Positions 18,415-28,405 are shown, counted from the first letter of the stretch. The stretch is DNA of 64,000 bases from Phenylobacterium sp. (GCF_044358365.1 NZ_JBIKNZ010000007.1:9488-73487); one strand, 5' to 3'. Notes: a model not told the origin generated them from the sequence alone. A program made the numbers and translations.

Positions 18415-19452
18415 ATGCCCCTCATGACCCTGCTCGTACTCCCCGACCAAGCCCATGACGTCCCCTGGCCGACAAAGGACTGGCCAGCCGGATCCCTGCC
18501 GGCCGGGCTGAACCGCGGCGCCTTCGAGGCGCTGATCTCCGAGGCGTTTGCCGAGCCTGCCTCTGAGCTCCTGGGTGAGACGCATGCCTTGCTGGTCGTC
18601 CATGGCGGGCGATTGGTCTACGAGCGCTATGGCGTGGCATCGGGTCCCGAGGCCACCCAGCCATCCTGGTCCATGGCCAAGAGCATGACCCACGCCCTGG
18701 TCGGCATGCTGGTTGCCGATGGCAAGCTCGATATCCACCGGCCTGCTGACGTGCCCGAATGGCAGGGCGCGGGGGATCCTCGCGCCGCGATTACCCTGGA
18801 CCAGCTGTTGCGTATGTCGAGCGGCCTGGCGTTCATCGAGGACTATGTGCCCGGCCACCCGTCCGACGTGATCGCGATGCTCTATGGCGTGGGGAAATCC
18901 GATGTGGCCCACTACGCCGCTGATCTGCCGCTGGCGTATCCGCCGGGGTCGTTCTGGAACTATGCCAGCGGCACCAGCAACATCGTCGCCCGCTGCGCCG
19001 CACAGGCCCAGGGCGTGGACTTTGCCGCCTTCATGCGCGAGCGGCTGTTCGGGCCTCTGGGCATGACCAGCGCCACGCCGAAATTCGACGCGGCGGGGAC
19101 GTTCATTGGCTCGTCCTATTGCTTCTGCACGGCCCGCGACTTCGCCCGGTTCGGTCTGCTCTATCTGCGCGACGGGATCTGGGAAGGGCGTCGCCTTTTG
19201 CCGCCCGGCTGGGTCGACTATGCACGGACTCCGACCTTCCAGCAGGCCGGCGTGACCGACGGGCGATACGGCTCCCACTGGTGGCTGGATATCGGCGGTC
19301 CGGGCTCGTTCTCCGCCAACGGCTACGACGGCCAGTTGATTGTGATCGTGCCAGACCTTGATCTGGTGGTGGTGCGGAATGGCGCGACGCCGCTGGACAA
19401 GAAGGACGCGCTCAGGGCGTGGATGGGCGAGCTGGTGTCAGCCTTCCGGTAG
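18415..19452 (+). CDS. Serine hydrolase, class C beta-lactamase/NylB-like
   Basis: WSMAKS (SxxK), LLRMSSG, WNYASG, ARDFARFG, YGSHWW. Confidence 0.88.
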   Translation: MPLMTLLVLPDQAHDVPWPTKDWPAGSLPAGLNRGAFEALISEAFAEPASELLGETHALLVVHGGRLVYERYGVASGPEATQPSWSMAKSMTHALVGMLVADGKLDIHRPADVPEWQGAGDPRAAITLDQLLRMSSGLAFIEDYVPGHPSDVIAMLYGVGKSDVAHYAADLPLAYPPGSFWNYASGTSNIVARCAAQAQGVDFAAFMRERLFGPLGMTSATPKFDAAGTFIGSSYCFCTARDFARFGLLYLRDGIWEGRRLLPPGWVDYARTPTFQQAGVTDGRYGSHWWLDIGGPGSFSANGYDGQLIVIVPDLDLVVVRNGATPLDKKDALRAWMGELVSAFR

Positions 19453-19455
19453 CGC

Positions 19456-20085
19456 TCAACGCCGCTCAAGCGCCAGCCGCACCCCGAAGGCCAGAAAGAC
19501 GCCGCCAGTCAGGCGGTCCAGCCAGCGCACGACCACCGCGCGTTGCAGGACACCCGCGATCGGGCGCGTGGCCCCAATCAGAGCTGCGAACCAGACCACG
19601 CCCATAACGCCGTGCAAGGCCGCCAGCAGGAAGATGAAGGGCCCCGCCGCCACGCCGTCCGGCACAAACTGCGGCAGGAACGAAATGTAGAAGACGCCGA
19701 CCTTCGGGTTCAGCAGATTGGTCAGGAACCCCCGGCGCATCCAGGCCAGGTCACCGCCTGAGACCGAAGTAGCGTCGCTGGCGATCTCAAAACGCTCGCG
19801 CGGCCTGAGGATCAGCCCGACTCCCAGCCAGACCAGATAGGCTGCGCCAGCCCAACGGATGACATTGAACGCCAGGTTGGAAGCCTCCAGAACCACGCCA
19901 AGGCCCAGCGCCACGGCGGCGCCCCAGACGAGACACCCGGCAATCACGCCCAGGGCCGCAAAAGCAGCGCGCTTTGAGCCCTCGACAGCGGCTGTCCGCA
20001 GCACGATGGCGGTGTCGAGACCCGGCGTCATGGTCAGCAGGCCCGCCGCCAGTGTGAAGGCGAGCAATGCCTCAACGACCGTCAC
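19456..20085 (-). CDS. LysE family translocator
   Basis: [20 protein letters not shown]; GTG start overlaps the hisI stop (GTGA). Confidence 0.88.
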   Translation of the reverse strand: MTVVEALLAFTLAAGLLTMTPGLDTAIVLRTAAVEGSKRAAFAALGVIAGCLVWGAAVALGLGVVLEASNLAFNVIRWAGAAYLVWLGVGLILRPRERFEIASDATSVSGGDLAWMRRGFLTNLLNPKVGVFYISFLPQFVPDGVAAGPFIFLLAALHGVMGVVWFAALIGATRPIAGVLQRAVVVRWLDRLTGGVFLAFGVRLALERR

Positions 20086-20468
20086 TTGCGCACCAGCTTG
20101 CCGCCCTCGATGGCGCGATAAAAGCAGGAGACCGCGCCCGTGTGGCAGGCCCCGCCGTCGCCCTGGGGCCGCACCTTCATCCAGACGGCATCCTGGTCGC
20201 AGTCGATGCGGATCTCGTCGACGATCTGCACCTGTCCGGAGGTGGCCCCCTTGTGCCAAAGCTCGTTCCGGGATCGGCTGAAGTAGTGCGCCTCGCCGGT
20301 GGCCAGAGTACGCTCCAGCGCCTCGGCGTTCATCCAGGCCAGCATCAGCACCTCGCCCGTGATGGCGTGAGTGGTCACCGCCGCGATCAGGCCATTGGCG
20401 TCAAAGCGGGGGGTCAGGGCGTCGCCCTGTTCAAGGGCGGCCTTCGCAGGAGAAGAAGCGGCTTTCAT
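20082..20468 (-). CDS. hisI: Phosphoribosyl-AMP cyclohydrolase
   Basis: [31 protein letters not shown]. Confidence 0.95.
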   Translation of the reverse strand: MKAASSPAKAALEQGDALTPRFDANGLIAAVTTHAITGEVLMLAWMNAEALERTLATGEAHYFSRSRNELWHKGATSGQVQIVDEIRIDCDQDAVWMKVRPQGDGGACHTGAVSCFYRAIEGGKLVRK

Positions 20469-20541
20469 GCGCCTAGATATGGCGCCGTTGGACCACGATG
20501 CGCTACCCCTCCCGGCGTGTCAGCGGGGCGGGTGACCGCCT

Positions 20542-21174
20542 CTAGCGCTTGTTCACGAAATCCAGGAACCGTTGCCTCAGCGTCGCATCAGTCTTGAACA
20601 CGCCGGTAAACTGGGTGGTGATGGTCGTCACGTGGCGATGGTGCACGCCGCGGGTAGTCATGCACTGGTGTGCGGCGTCGATCAGAACGGCCACGCCGGC
20701 AGGGCGAAGGCTGTCGGTGATGGCGTCGCAGATCTGCTGGGTCATGGTTTCCTGGGTCTGGAGACGGCGCGCGAAGATCTCGACCACCTTGGCCAGCTTG
20801 GAGATGCCTACCACCCGGTTGGTGGGCATGTAGGCCACATAAGCCTTGCCCAGGAACGGGGCCATGTGATGCTCGCAGTGGCTCTCCACCTCGATCTCGC
20901 GCAGCATGACGATGTCGTCATAGCCCTGCACGTCCTCGAAGGTGCGCGAGAGCTCCTTTGCGGGATCCAGCGTGTAGCCCACGAACCATTCGCCGTAGGC
21001 GTCAACCACGCGCTTGGGCGTGTCGATCACGCCTTCGCGGCGCGGATCATCGCCGGCCCAGGCGATCAGGGTGCGGACGGCCTCCATGGCCTCCTCGCGC
21101 GAGGGGCGCTTGAACGGCTCGAGCGAGCTGTCGTCGGACCCGATCAGGGTTCGGTCACGGGAGGGAGCGTCCAT
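20542..21174 (-). CDS. folE: GTP cyclohydrolase I
   Basis: TPKRV, SHCEHHM, GISKL, RRLQTQE, HQCMTTRG. Confidence 0.96.
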   Translation of the reverse strand: MDAPSRDRTLIGSDDSSLEPFKRPSREEAMEAVRTLIAWAGDDPRREGVIDTPKRVVDAYGEWFVGYTLDPAKELSRTFEDVQGYDDIVMLREIEVESHCEHHMAPFLGKAYVAYMPTNRVVGISKLAKVVEIFARRLQTQETMTQQICDAITDSLRPAGVAVLIDAAHQCMTTRGVHHRHVTTITTQFTGVFKTDATLRQRFLDFVNKR

Positions 21175-21344
21175 CGGAGATCGGTTCTTTCCAGGGCCTG
21201 AGTTGCGCCGGGACGAAGGCCCCGGAAATCACGCGTGTCACCCTTTCACTTCGAACGTGAGGCGTGGTTGGCCTCGGGTCCGGTCCCCCTGTATATGGGT
21301 CAAGGCCCAATCCCGGCAACTGTTTCGCGGCGTAAACCTCGACC

Positions 21345-22781
21345 ATGACCCTCAGTCTGTACGACACCATGACCCGCAAGAAGCGGGCGTTCACCCCCCG
21401 CAATGAGCACCGGGTGACGCTCTATGTCTGCGGACCGACGGTCTACAACTATGCGCACATCGGCAATTTCAGGCCTGTTGTAGTGTTTGATCTGCTGTTC
21501 CGGGTGCTGCGTGACCTCTACGGCGAGGACGCGGTGCTTTACGCGGCCAACGTCACGGACGTGGACGACAAGATCAACGCGAAGGCCGCCGAAGAGGGCG
21601 TGCCCATCGGCGTGATTTCGGATCGCTACCTGGCCGCCTACAACGCTGACGCCGCCGCGCTGGGCGCGATGAAGCCCACCTTCCAGCCGCGCGTCACCGA
21701 GACCATGGACGCCATCACGGCCTTCATCGCCGACCTGGTGGCGCAGAAGGCGGCCTACGCGGCCGAGGGCCATGTGGTCTTCGACACCCAAGCCTTCCCG
21801 GACTATGGCAAGCTGTCGGGTCGGCCGATGGACGAGATGATCGCCGGGGCGCGCGTGGATGTGGCCCCCTACAAGCGCCATCCTGCCGACTTTGTGCTCT
21901 GGAAGCCTTCGAAGCCCGGCGAGCCGTCGTGGGACAGCGCCTTCGGACCGGGCCGCCCCGGCTGGCATATCGAGTGCACCGCGATGATCGAGCAGGCGCT
22001 GGGTCTGCCCATCGACATTCACGGCGGCGGCATCGACCTGGTGTTTCCGCACCACGAGAATGAGCTGGCCCAGGGGGTCTGCGCCGGCCACGGGACAGAA
22101 TACGCCGACGTCTGGATGCACAACGGCTTCCTCAACATGGGCGACGAGAAGATGTCCAAGAGCGTGGGCAACGTCGCACTGGCCCATGATCTGTTGAAAA
22201 CCTGGCCGGGCGAGGCGCTGCGATGGGCCCTGCTGGCCGGCCACTATCGCCAGCCGCTGGAATGGACGGGCGACCTGATCGAGCAGGCCAAGAGCGCGCT
22301 GGACCGGCTCTATCGGGTGCTGGACGATTCCGCCCGGTTCCTCGAGGGCGTTCCGACGGCGGCGCGGGCGTCCGGCGGCGAGCATCGCGGGGCCGTCGAG
22401 GCTCACGACGCAGTGGTCTCGGCCCTGCGGGACGATCTCAACACGCCGCTGGCGTTCGCCGCGCTCTTCCAGCTGGCGGACCACGTGCGGACTTCCACGA
22501 CGGGCAAGGATGTGGCTGGCGTCGAACGCGGCCGCAGTCTCCTGCTGGAGGCGGGACAGCTGATGGGCTTGCTGGTCGCCGATCCCCGGGCCTGGTTCCA
22601 GGGCGGCGCCGACGACGACATGAAGGCCCGGGTCGAGGCGTTGATCGCAGCCCGGGGCGAGGCGCGTGCGGCCAAGGACTGGCCCGCCGCCGACCGTATT
22701 CGCGACGAACTTTCGGCGTTAAAGGTCGAGGTCATGGATGGCCCCACCGGCGCCACCTGGCGGATCAAGGAGCAAGCCTGA
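21345..22781 (+). CDS. cysS: Cysteine--tRNA ligase
   Basis: CGPTVY, HIGN, PGWHIEC, HHENE, KMSKS. Confidence 0.97.
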   Translation: MTLSLYDTMTRKKRAFTPRNEHRVTLYVCGPTVYNYAHIGNFRPVVVFDLLFRVLRDLYGEDAVLYAANVTDVDDKINAKAAEEGVPIGVISDRYLAAYNADAAALGAMKPTFQPRVTETMDAITAFIADLVAQKAAYAAEGHVVFDTQAFPDYGKLSGRPMDEMIAGARVDVAPYKRHPADFVLWKPSKPGEPSWDSAFGPGRPGWHIECTAMIEQALGLPIDIHGGGIDLVFPHHENELAQGVCAGHGTEYADVWMHNGFLNMGDEKMSKSVGNVALAHDLLKTWPGEALRWALLAGHYRQPLEWTGDLIEQAKSALDRLYRVLDDSARFLEGVPTAARASGGEHRGAVEAHDAVVSALRDDLNTPLAFAALFQLADHVRTSTTGKDVAGVERGRSLLLEAGQLMGLLVADPRAWFQGGADDDMKARVEALIAARGEARAAKDWPAADRIRDELSALKVEVMDGPTGATWRIKEQA

Positions 22782-23347
22782 TGCCTATCAAGCCCGAGCC
22801 CGACCTGCTGGCCGGCCCCTTCGCCAAACGCGGAACGATGGGCCCCAGGATCGCCGCGCCCGACGCTGGGTCGCGACTGCCGCCGCCCAAGGCGCCCAGC
22901 GGTCTGCGCGTGGAGGACCGGATCGGAATCCAGGCTCCCGCCGAGGTGATCTGGGAAATCGTCCGCGACCTGGACCGATGGTTCGAATGGAATCCGACCT
23001 ATCCGCAGGCCGCCGGCCAGATCAGGATTGGCGAGGTGCTGTCCGTGACCCTGGCTCTGCCCGGCCAGCCGCCCCAGGCGCTGACGCCGAAGGTGCTGGA
23101 ATGGGTGCCGAACGAGCAGCTGCACTGGCAGCTGAAAATGATGGGCGGCCTGATCCGGACGCTGCGCTACATCGAGATCGAGACGCTCGCCAACCAGAGC
23201 TGCGTGGTCGACAACGGCGAGATCTTCGGCGGGTTGATGGGCCCGTCGCTGGGCAAGCGGATGGGACGTACGGTCCAGCGCGGGTTCCGGGCCATGAATG
23301 AGGCGCTGAAGGTCCGCGCCGAGGCCGAGTGGGCGGCGGGACGCTAG
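22781..23347 (+). CDS. SRPBCC (polyketide cyclase/dehydrase-like) domain protein with Pro-rich N-terminus
   Basis: IQAPAEVIWEIVRD..W.EWNP, MNEALK.RAE; TGATG coupling to cysS. Confidence 0.8.
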   Translation: MPIKPEPDLLAGPFAKRGTMGPRIAAPDAGSRLPPPKAPSGLRVEDRIGIQAPAEVIWEIVRDLDRWFEWNPTYPQAAGQIRIGEVLSVTLALPGQPPQALTPKVLEWVPNEQLHWQLKMMGGLIRTLRYIEIETLANQSCVVDNGEIFGGLMGPSLGKRMGRTVQRGFRAMNEALKVRAEAEWAAGR

Positions 23348-23349
23348 CC

Positions 23350-25584
23350 ATGGCAGGCAGGATTGGTCGGACGGTGGCTGAGTCGACACCCTATTGGCCT
23401 GACACACCCAGGCCACCCAGGGGTGCTCCAAACATTCTCGTCGTTCTGTTCGACGACGTCGGGTTCTCGGACTTCGGCTGCTACGGCTCGCCCATCCGTA
23501 CGCCCAACATTGATCGGCTGGCCGCCGAGGGACTGCGCTACTCGGGGTTTCATACGACGGCCATGTGCTCGACGACCCGGGCGGCGCTGCTGAGCGGGCG
23601 CAATCACCATTCCGTCGGCGTGGGCTGCCTGGCCAATTTCGACAGTGGCTATCCGGGTTATCGCGGCAAGATCGCGCGGGAGGCGGGGATCCTGCCCGAA
23701 CTGCTGCGGCCTCACGGTTACCGGAACTATATGCTGGGCAAGTGGCATGTGACGCCGCTGACCGAGACCGGACCCTCCGGCCCCTTCGACGGCTGGCCGC
23801 TGGGCCGGGGTTTCGACCGGTTCTATGGCTTCATGGACGCCGAGACCGACCAGTACGCGCCGGAACTGGTGCGTGACAACACGCCCGTGTCTCCGCCGGG
23901 AATGTTCGCCGACGGCTATCACCTGACCTCGGATCTGGTGGACGAGGCGATCCGCTTCATCGCCGATCACACGGCCGACGCGCCGGATAAACCCTGGCTC
24001 ACCTGGCTGGCGCTGGGCGCCTGTCACGCTCCGCATCAGGCTCCGGCCGATCTGATCCGCAGCTATGACGCCGTGTTCGAGCATGGCTGGGATGTGGAGC
24101 GCGAACAGCGGCTGGCTCGCCAGATCGCCATGGGGCTGGTCCCGGCGGATACCCGCCTGCCGGACCGCAACGACGGCGTCCGCCCCTGGGACAGCTATTC
24201 CGCCGATGAGCGCCGCCTTTTTACCCGCCTGCAAAGCGCGTTCGCCGCCATGCTGGATCACGCCGATCAGCATCTTGCGCGGCTGGTCAGCTTTCTGGAG
24301 CGCGCCGGACTTCGCGACGACACCCTGATTCTGGTGATGTCCGACAACGGCGCCAGTCAGGAGGGTGGCCCTCAGGGCTTCGTCAACGCCATGGGTCCCT
24401 TCAACATGCGGCCCGAACCCATGGCCGAGAAGATCGCGCGCATCGACGACATCGGCGGACCCGACACCCATTCCAACTTCCCGCAAGGTTGGGCCATGGC
24501 GTCCAACACCCCGCTGCGGCGCTACAAGCAGAACACCCACGGCGGCGGCATCCGCGATCCGCTGGTGATTTCCTGGCCGGCGAAGGTGGCCGCGCGCGGG
24601 GAGGTGCGCACCCGCTTCGCCCATGCCTGCGACATCGTTCCGACGCTGATGGACCTGATCGGGATCGAAGGCCTGCCGGACACGATTGCCGGGGTTCCTC
24701 AATGGCCGCTTGAGGGAGAGAGCTTTGCGGCGAGTTTGAGCGATCCAGCTGCGCCGCCACGCATCAAGCCGCAGTATTTCGAGATGTTTGGACACCGGGG
24801 CATGTGGCGAGACGGCTGGAAAGCCGTGGCCTTCCATCCGCCCGGGACCCCCTTCGAGGATGATCGATGGGAGCTCTACCATCTCGACGACGATTTCGCC
24901 GAAACCCGCGATCTGGCTGAACAGGAGCCTGAACGCCTCAAGGCCCTGATCGACGCCTGGTGGACAGCTGCCGAAGCGCACAAGGTATTGCCGCTGGACG
25001 ACCGGTTCGGTCCGCGGTTCGCCGAGAACTCGGCGCGTTTCCACGGCGCCCGGAAGCACTTTGTACTCCATGCCGGCATGGGTCACCTGCCCACCGATGT
25101 GGCGCCGGATGTTCGCGCTCGGAGCTATCGCATCGAGGCGGACGTGGTCCTGAAACCGGGCGCCGAGGGTGTGCTGATCGCCCACGGCGACGCCACCAGC
25201 GGCTACAGCCTCTATCTGCAGGACGGCCATCTCCATCACACCCTCAATATCGGCGGTGAGAAGACGACGGCCACTTCGCGATCGCCGGTACCGCTGGACG
25301 CCACACGGCTGGGCGTGGTGGCCCGTCGGGGCGAAACCGGCCCGCGAACCTTCACCCTGATCATCGACGGGGCGTCTGCCGGGGAGGTCACGGCGACGAC
25401 CGGGTTCGGCAATTTCATCTCCTGGTCGGGTCTGGACATCGGCCTGGATCGAGGTAGTCCCGTGGCGGGGTATGCTGCCCCGTTTGCGTTCACCGGAACC
25501 CTTCGCAAGGTCACGGTGACCATGGGCGACGATCAGGACCTTGACGGCGAGGCGGTGGGCGCGGCGGAAATGGCGCGGCAATAG
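23350..25584 (+). CDS. Type I (formylglycine) arylsulfatase with C-terminal beta-rich extension
   Basis: PNILVVLFDDVG, CSTTRAALLSGRNHH, GKWH, SDNG; no signal peptide. Confidence 0.9.
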   Translation: MAGRIGRTVAESTPYWPDTPRPPRGAPNILVVLFDDVGFSDFGCYGSPIRTPNIDRLAAEGLRYSGFHTTAMCSTTRAALLSGRNHHSVGVGCLANFDSGYPGYRGKIAREAGILPELLRPHGYRNYMLGKWHVTPLTETGPSGPFDGWPLGRGFDRFYGFMDAETDQYAPELVRDNTPVSPPGMFADGYHLTSDLVDEAIRFIADHTADAPDKPWLTWLALGACHAPHQAPADLIRSYDAVFEHGWDVEREQRLARQIAMGLVPADTRLPDRNDGVRPWDSYSADERRLFTRLQSAFAAMLDHADQHLARLVSFLERAGLRDDTLILVMSDNGASQEGGPQGFVNAMGPFNMRPEPMAEKIARIDDIGGPDTHSNFPQGWAMASNTPLRRYKQNTHGGGIRDPLVISWPAKVAARGEVRTRFAHACDIVPTLMDLIGIEGLPDTIAGVPQWPLEGESFAASLSDPAAPPRIKPQYFEMFGHRGMWRDGWKAVAFHPPGTPFEDDRWELYHLDDDFAETRDLAEQEPERLKALIDAWWTAAEAHKVLPLDDRFGPRFAENSARFHGARKHFVLHAGMGHLPTDVAPDVRARSYRIEADVVLKPGAEGVLIAHGDATSGYSLYLQDGHLHHTLNIGGEKTTATSRSPVPLDATRLGVVARRGETGPRTFTLIIDGASAGEVTATTGFGNFISWSGLDIGLDRGSPVAGYAAPFAFTGTLRKVTVTMGDDQDLDGEAVGAAEMARQ

Positions 25585-25600
25585 CCCGGAGTTCACGCCG

Positions 25601-26848
25601 ATGACGCCTTCACGCCGCGCCGTACTTGCTGCCGGAGCCACCGCCATGGCGGCGCCCGCCCTTGCGGCCGATCCTGTGTCCCTGGCCCGCGATGAGCGGC
25701 ACTGGGCCAGGGTCGCGGCCTTGTTCGACTCACCGCCACCCGGCGTCATCCAGCTTGAGAACGGCCAGTTCGGGGCGATGACCCGGGCAACGCGGGCGGC
25801 CTACGAGCAGAAGCTGGCCAGGGTGAACCGGGAAACGACGCTCTACACCCGTCGCGGCGCCTTGCAGGACGTCCAGGCGGTGCGCGCGAAGGCTGCGGCG
25901 TTCCTTGGCGTGGACGTGGACGAGATCGCCTTCACGCGGGGCGGCACGGAGTCCATGCTGGTCCTGATCGGTGGCTACAGTCGACTGAAACCGGGCAATG
26001 CGGTCCTCTATGCCGACCTCGACTATGACAGCATGCAGGTAGGGATGGAGTCGCTGGCCCGGCTCCGGGGTGTTCGCGTGGTGCGGTTCGCCCTGCCGGA
26101 GCCGGCCACCCGGCAGAGACTGATCGACGCCTACGAGCAAGCCCTGAAAGCCAATCCTGACGTCCGGATGATGCTGCTGACCCACCTCAGCCATCGCACG
26201 GGGTTGATCCCGCCGGTGAAGGAGATCACGGCGCTGGCCAAGGCCCGCGGCGTCGACGTGTTGCTGGATTGTGGTCATGCCCTGGGACAAACCGAGTTTT
26301 CACTGCGTGACATGGGTGTCGAGTTTGCCGGCCTGAACCTGCACAAGTGGATCGGCAGCCCGCTGGGCGTCGGGCTCGTCTATATCCGCAGGGACCGGAT
26401 TCGCGACATCGAGATCTCGATCCTGGCCGAACCCAGCGACGCCATTGACGCGCGGGTCCACACGGGCACCGTCAGTTACGCCAGCGTCCTGACGGTCGCC
26501 GACGCGTTTGATGCGCACGCGGCGATTGGACCCGCCGCCAAGGCGCGACGACTTCAGTTTCTGCGAGATCGCTGGGCGGAGACCCTTCGCGACCATCCGC
26601 GCATACAGGTGCTGACGCCGCCGGATCCCTCCCTGCATGCAGGAATTACGTCCTTCCGCATTACAGGCCAGACCTCGCTGGGTCAGGCCCTTGAGCTCAA
26701 GAAAACCCTCTTTGAACGCCATGGCATCTTCACCGTCGAACGTCCGGGCGCGGCCAAGGGGGCCTGCATTCGCGTTTCGCCGTCTTTCGTGAATACGGTC
26801 GACCATATGGATGCCCTGGTCGCAGCCCTGAAGGAGATTGCCGCATGA
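25601..26848 (+). CDS. Class V PLP enzyme (isopenicillin-N-epimerase-like) with a Tat signal peptide
   Basis: MTPSRRAVLAAGATAMAAPALA, DCGHALG, NLHKW (PLP Lys), IRVSP. Confidence 0.82.
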   Translation: MTPSRRAVLAAGATAMAAPALAADPVSLARDERHWARVAALFDSPPPGVIQLENGQFGAMTRATRAAYEQKLARVNRETTLYTRRGALQDVQAVRAKAAAFLGVDVDEIAFTRGGTESMLVLIGGYSRLKPGNAVLYADLDYDSMQVGMESLARLRGVRVVRFALPEPATRQRLIDAYEQALKANPDVRMMLLTHLSHRTGLIPPVKEITALAKARGVDVLLDCGHALGQTEFSLRDMGVEFAGLNLHKWIGSPLGVGLVYIRRDRIRDIEISILAEPSDAIDARVHTGTVSYASVLTVADAFDAHAAIGPAAKARRLQFLRDRWAETLRDHPRIQVLTPPDPSLHAGITSFRITGQTSLGQALELKKTLFERHGIFTVERPGAAKGACIRVSPSFVNTVDHMDALVAALKEIAA

Positions 26849-27168
26849 TCGTCGAGATGCGCACCTACACGCTGTCGATCGGCGCCACCGGCCGCTACTT
26901 CAAGGCCTATGGCGAAAAAGGTCTGGCGGTGCAGAAGCGGATCCTGGGCCATCTGGCCGGCTACTACAGCGTCGAGGTCGGCGGCCTCAACAAGGTGATC
27001 CACCTGTGGGCCTACGAGAGCCTGGATGAGCGGGCACAACGACGTGCGACACTCTGGAGCGACCCCGAGTGGTTGGACTACGTGAAGGAGGTGGGCGGCC
27101 TGGTGCAGCATCAGGAAAACCAGATCCTGTCGCCGGCGCCATTTTTCCAGGTCCCGCCTGCGGTTTGA
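26845..27168 (+). CDS. NIPSNAP family protein
   Basis: EMRTYTL, HLWAYESLDERAQRR, ENQILSPAPF. Confidence 0.9.
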   Translation: MIVEMRTYTLSIGATGRYFKAYGEKGLAVQKRILGHLAGYYSVEVGGLNKVIHLWAYESLDERAQRRATLWSDPEWLDYVKEVGGLVQHQENQILSPAPFFQVPPAV

Positions 27169-27199
27169 CTTCCCGACCCTGAAGGCCGACCTAGGGGCC

Positions 27200-27634
27200 A
27201 TGATCGATGATCTCTATTCGGCGAAACTGTTGCGGCTGGCGGCCGACTTGCCGCGCACCGGGCGGCTGGTCGATCCGGACGCGACTTCGGAGAAGGTCTC
27301 GAAGCTTTGCGGCAGCCGGATTGTCGTTGACGTCAAGGTCTCGGGCGGCAGGGTGACGGACTTCGCGCAGGACGTGAAGGCCTGCGCGCTGGGACAGGCT
27401 GCGGCCTCGGTGCTGGGCGCCCATGTGATTGGCGCCAGTCTGGCCGAGCTGGAGACGACAAGAGACGCCTTCCGCGCCATGTTAAAGGCGGACGGGCCTC
27501 CCCCTGAGGGTCGGTTCGCGGAACTCGGACTGCTCGCGCCAGTTAGGGACTATCCGGCGCGCCACACCTCGACGATGCTGGCGTTCGAAGCTGTTACGGA
27601 GGCGGTGGCCGAGGCGGTCACAAGGGAAAGCTGA
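27200..27634 (+). CDS. NifU/IscU-like scaffold-fold protein (alphaproteobacterial type, third Cys absent)
   Basis: SKLCGS, VKACALGQA, RHTSTMLAF. Confidence 0.85.
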   Translation: MIDDLYSAKLLRLAADLPRTGRLVDPDATSEKVSKLCGSRIVVDVKVSGGRVTDFAQDVKACALGQAAASVLGAHVIGASLAELETTRDAFRAMLKADGPPPEGRFAELGLLAPVRDYPARHTSTMLAFEAVTEAVAEAVTRES

Positions 27635-27924
27635 TGGCCGACTACATCTTCCTGATGCACGACGATGCGGCGGGTGGCGCAGGCCTCGACTGGGAGCGCT
27701 ATCTCTCGCGGTTGAGGGAGGCCGGCGTCTTCCAAGGTGGCAGCGCCATCGGCAATGGTCAGTGCGAGCGCAAGTCCGGCGCGACCCCCGCGCCTACGGC
27801 CCATATCACCGGCTTTATCCGGGTCACCGCGGAGGACATGGCCCACGCCCGCCTGCTGCTGGCCGGCAATCCGGTGTTCGAGGCGGGCGGCACGGTGGAG
27901 ATACGCGAGCTGCCGACCGGATAG
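27634..27924 (+). CDS. YciI-like (DGPF-related) protein
   Basis: ITGFIRV.AED..HA..L..GNP....GGTVEIREL. Confidence 0.65.
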   Translation: MADYIFLMHDDAAGGAGLDWERYLSRLREAGVFQGGSAIGNGQCERKSGATPAPTAHITGFIRVTAEDMAHARLLLAGNPVFEAGGTVEIRELPTG

Positions 27925-27949
27925 GCCGAGGTTCCGTTTTCGCCTCGGC
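27925..27949 (+). terminator. GC-rich hairpin directly after the yciI-like stop, possible terminator
   Basis: GCCGAGG-11 nt-CCTCGGC; no U-tract. Confidence 0.35.
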
Positions 27950-27969
27950 TGTGCTACGGGCGTGAGGCC

Positions 27970-28083
27970 ATGTTGACGTCAGTTCGTAACGCTTGCGCCT
28001 TTCAGGCCCCCGCCATCCCGGCGGTCCGGGCTGCCATGACGGTCGAGCGTGTCACCCGAACTATCCCCGCCGACGCGGCTTGA
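27970..28083 (+). CDS. Candidate small ORF (37 aa), not in the ORF track
   Basis: ATG..TGA encoding MLTSVRNACAFQAPAIPAVRAAMTVERVTRTIPADAA; TGAGG only 2 nt upstream. Confidence 0.3.
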   Translation: MLTSVRNACAFQAPAIPAVRAAMTVERVTRTIPADAA

Positions 28084-28139
28084 TCCCCCTGGACCCTTGG
28101 GCGTAGGCACGGGGTCCGATCCAACAGTCCGCAGTCGGC

Positions 28140-28376
28140 ATGAATCTCTATGAGAGCTGCGTCAGAGGCGCCCTTCGCGCCTACAAGCTGACGCTTTCGC
28201 CGCTGATCGGGCGGCAATGCCGGTTTGCCCCGACCTGTTCGGAGTATGCCTGCGAAGCCTTGATCGGCCACGGACCGTGGCGCGGGAGTTTGCTCACCGT
28301 GAAACGTCTGTGTCGTTGCCATCCCTGGGGCGGTGCGGGATATGACCCGCCGCCGCCCCCGCGCAAAACGGGCTGA
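28140..28376 (+). CDS. yidD: Membrane protein insertion efficiency factor
   Basis: [24 protein letters not shown]. Confidence 0.93.
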   Translation: MNLYESCVRGALRAYKLTLSPLIGRQCRFAPTCSEYACEALIGHGPWRGSLLTVKRLCRCHPWGGAGYDPPPPPRKTG

Positions 28377-28405
28377 ACCCAGGCGCGAACCAGGACGACT
28401 GAACC

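Noticed and set aside
3563-19452. The two beta-lactamase-family genes as antibiotic resistance determinants
   Set aside because: SxxK/YxN-fold esterases and amidases are common in this group; nothing in the sequence or context points to a true beta-lactamase.
23344-25749. 801-aa minus-strand ORF, and similar long shadows at 6517-7944, 28181-29818, 50629-51882 and 52819-54108
   Set aside because: They lie antisense to well-supported genes and show no motifs. Long shadow ORFs are expected from high-GC codon bias.
25601-27634. Class V PLP enzyme plus IscU-like protein as a SufS-SufU pair
   Set aside because: The PLP enzyme has a Tat signal and lacks the catalytic Cys loop, the scaffold lacks the third Cys, and no other suf/isc genes are present.
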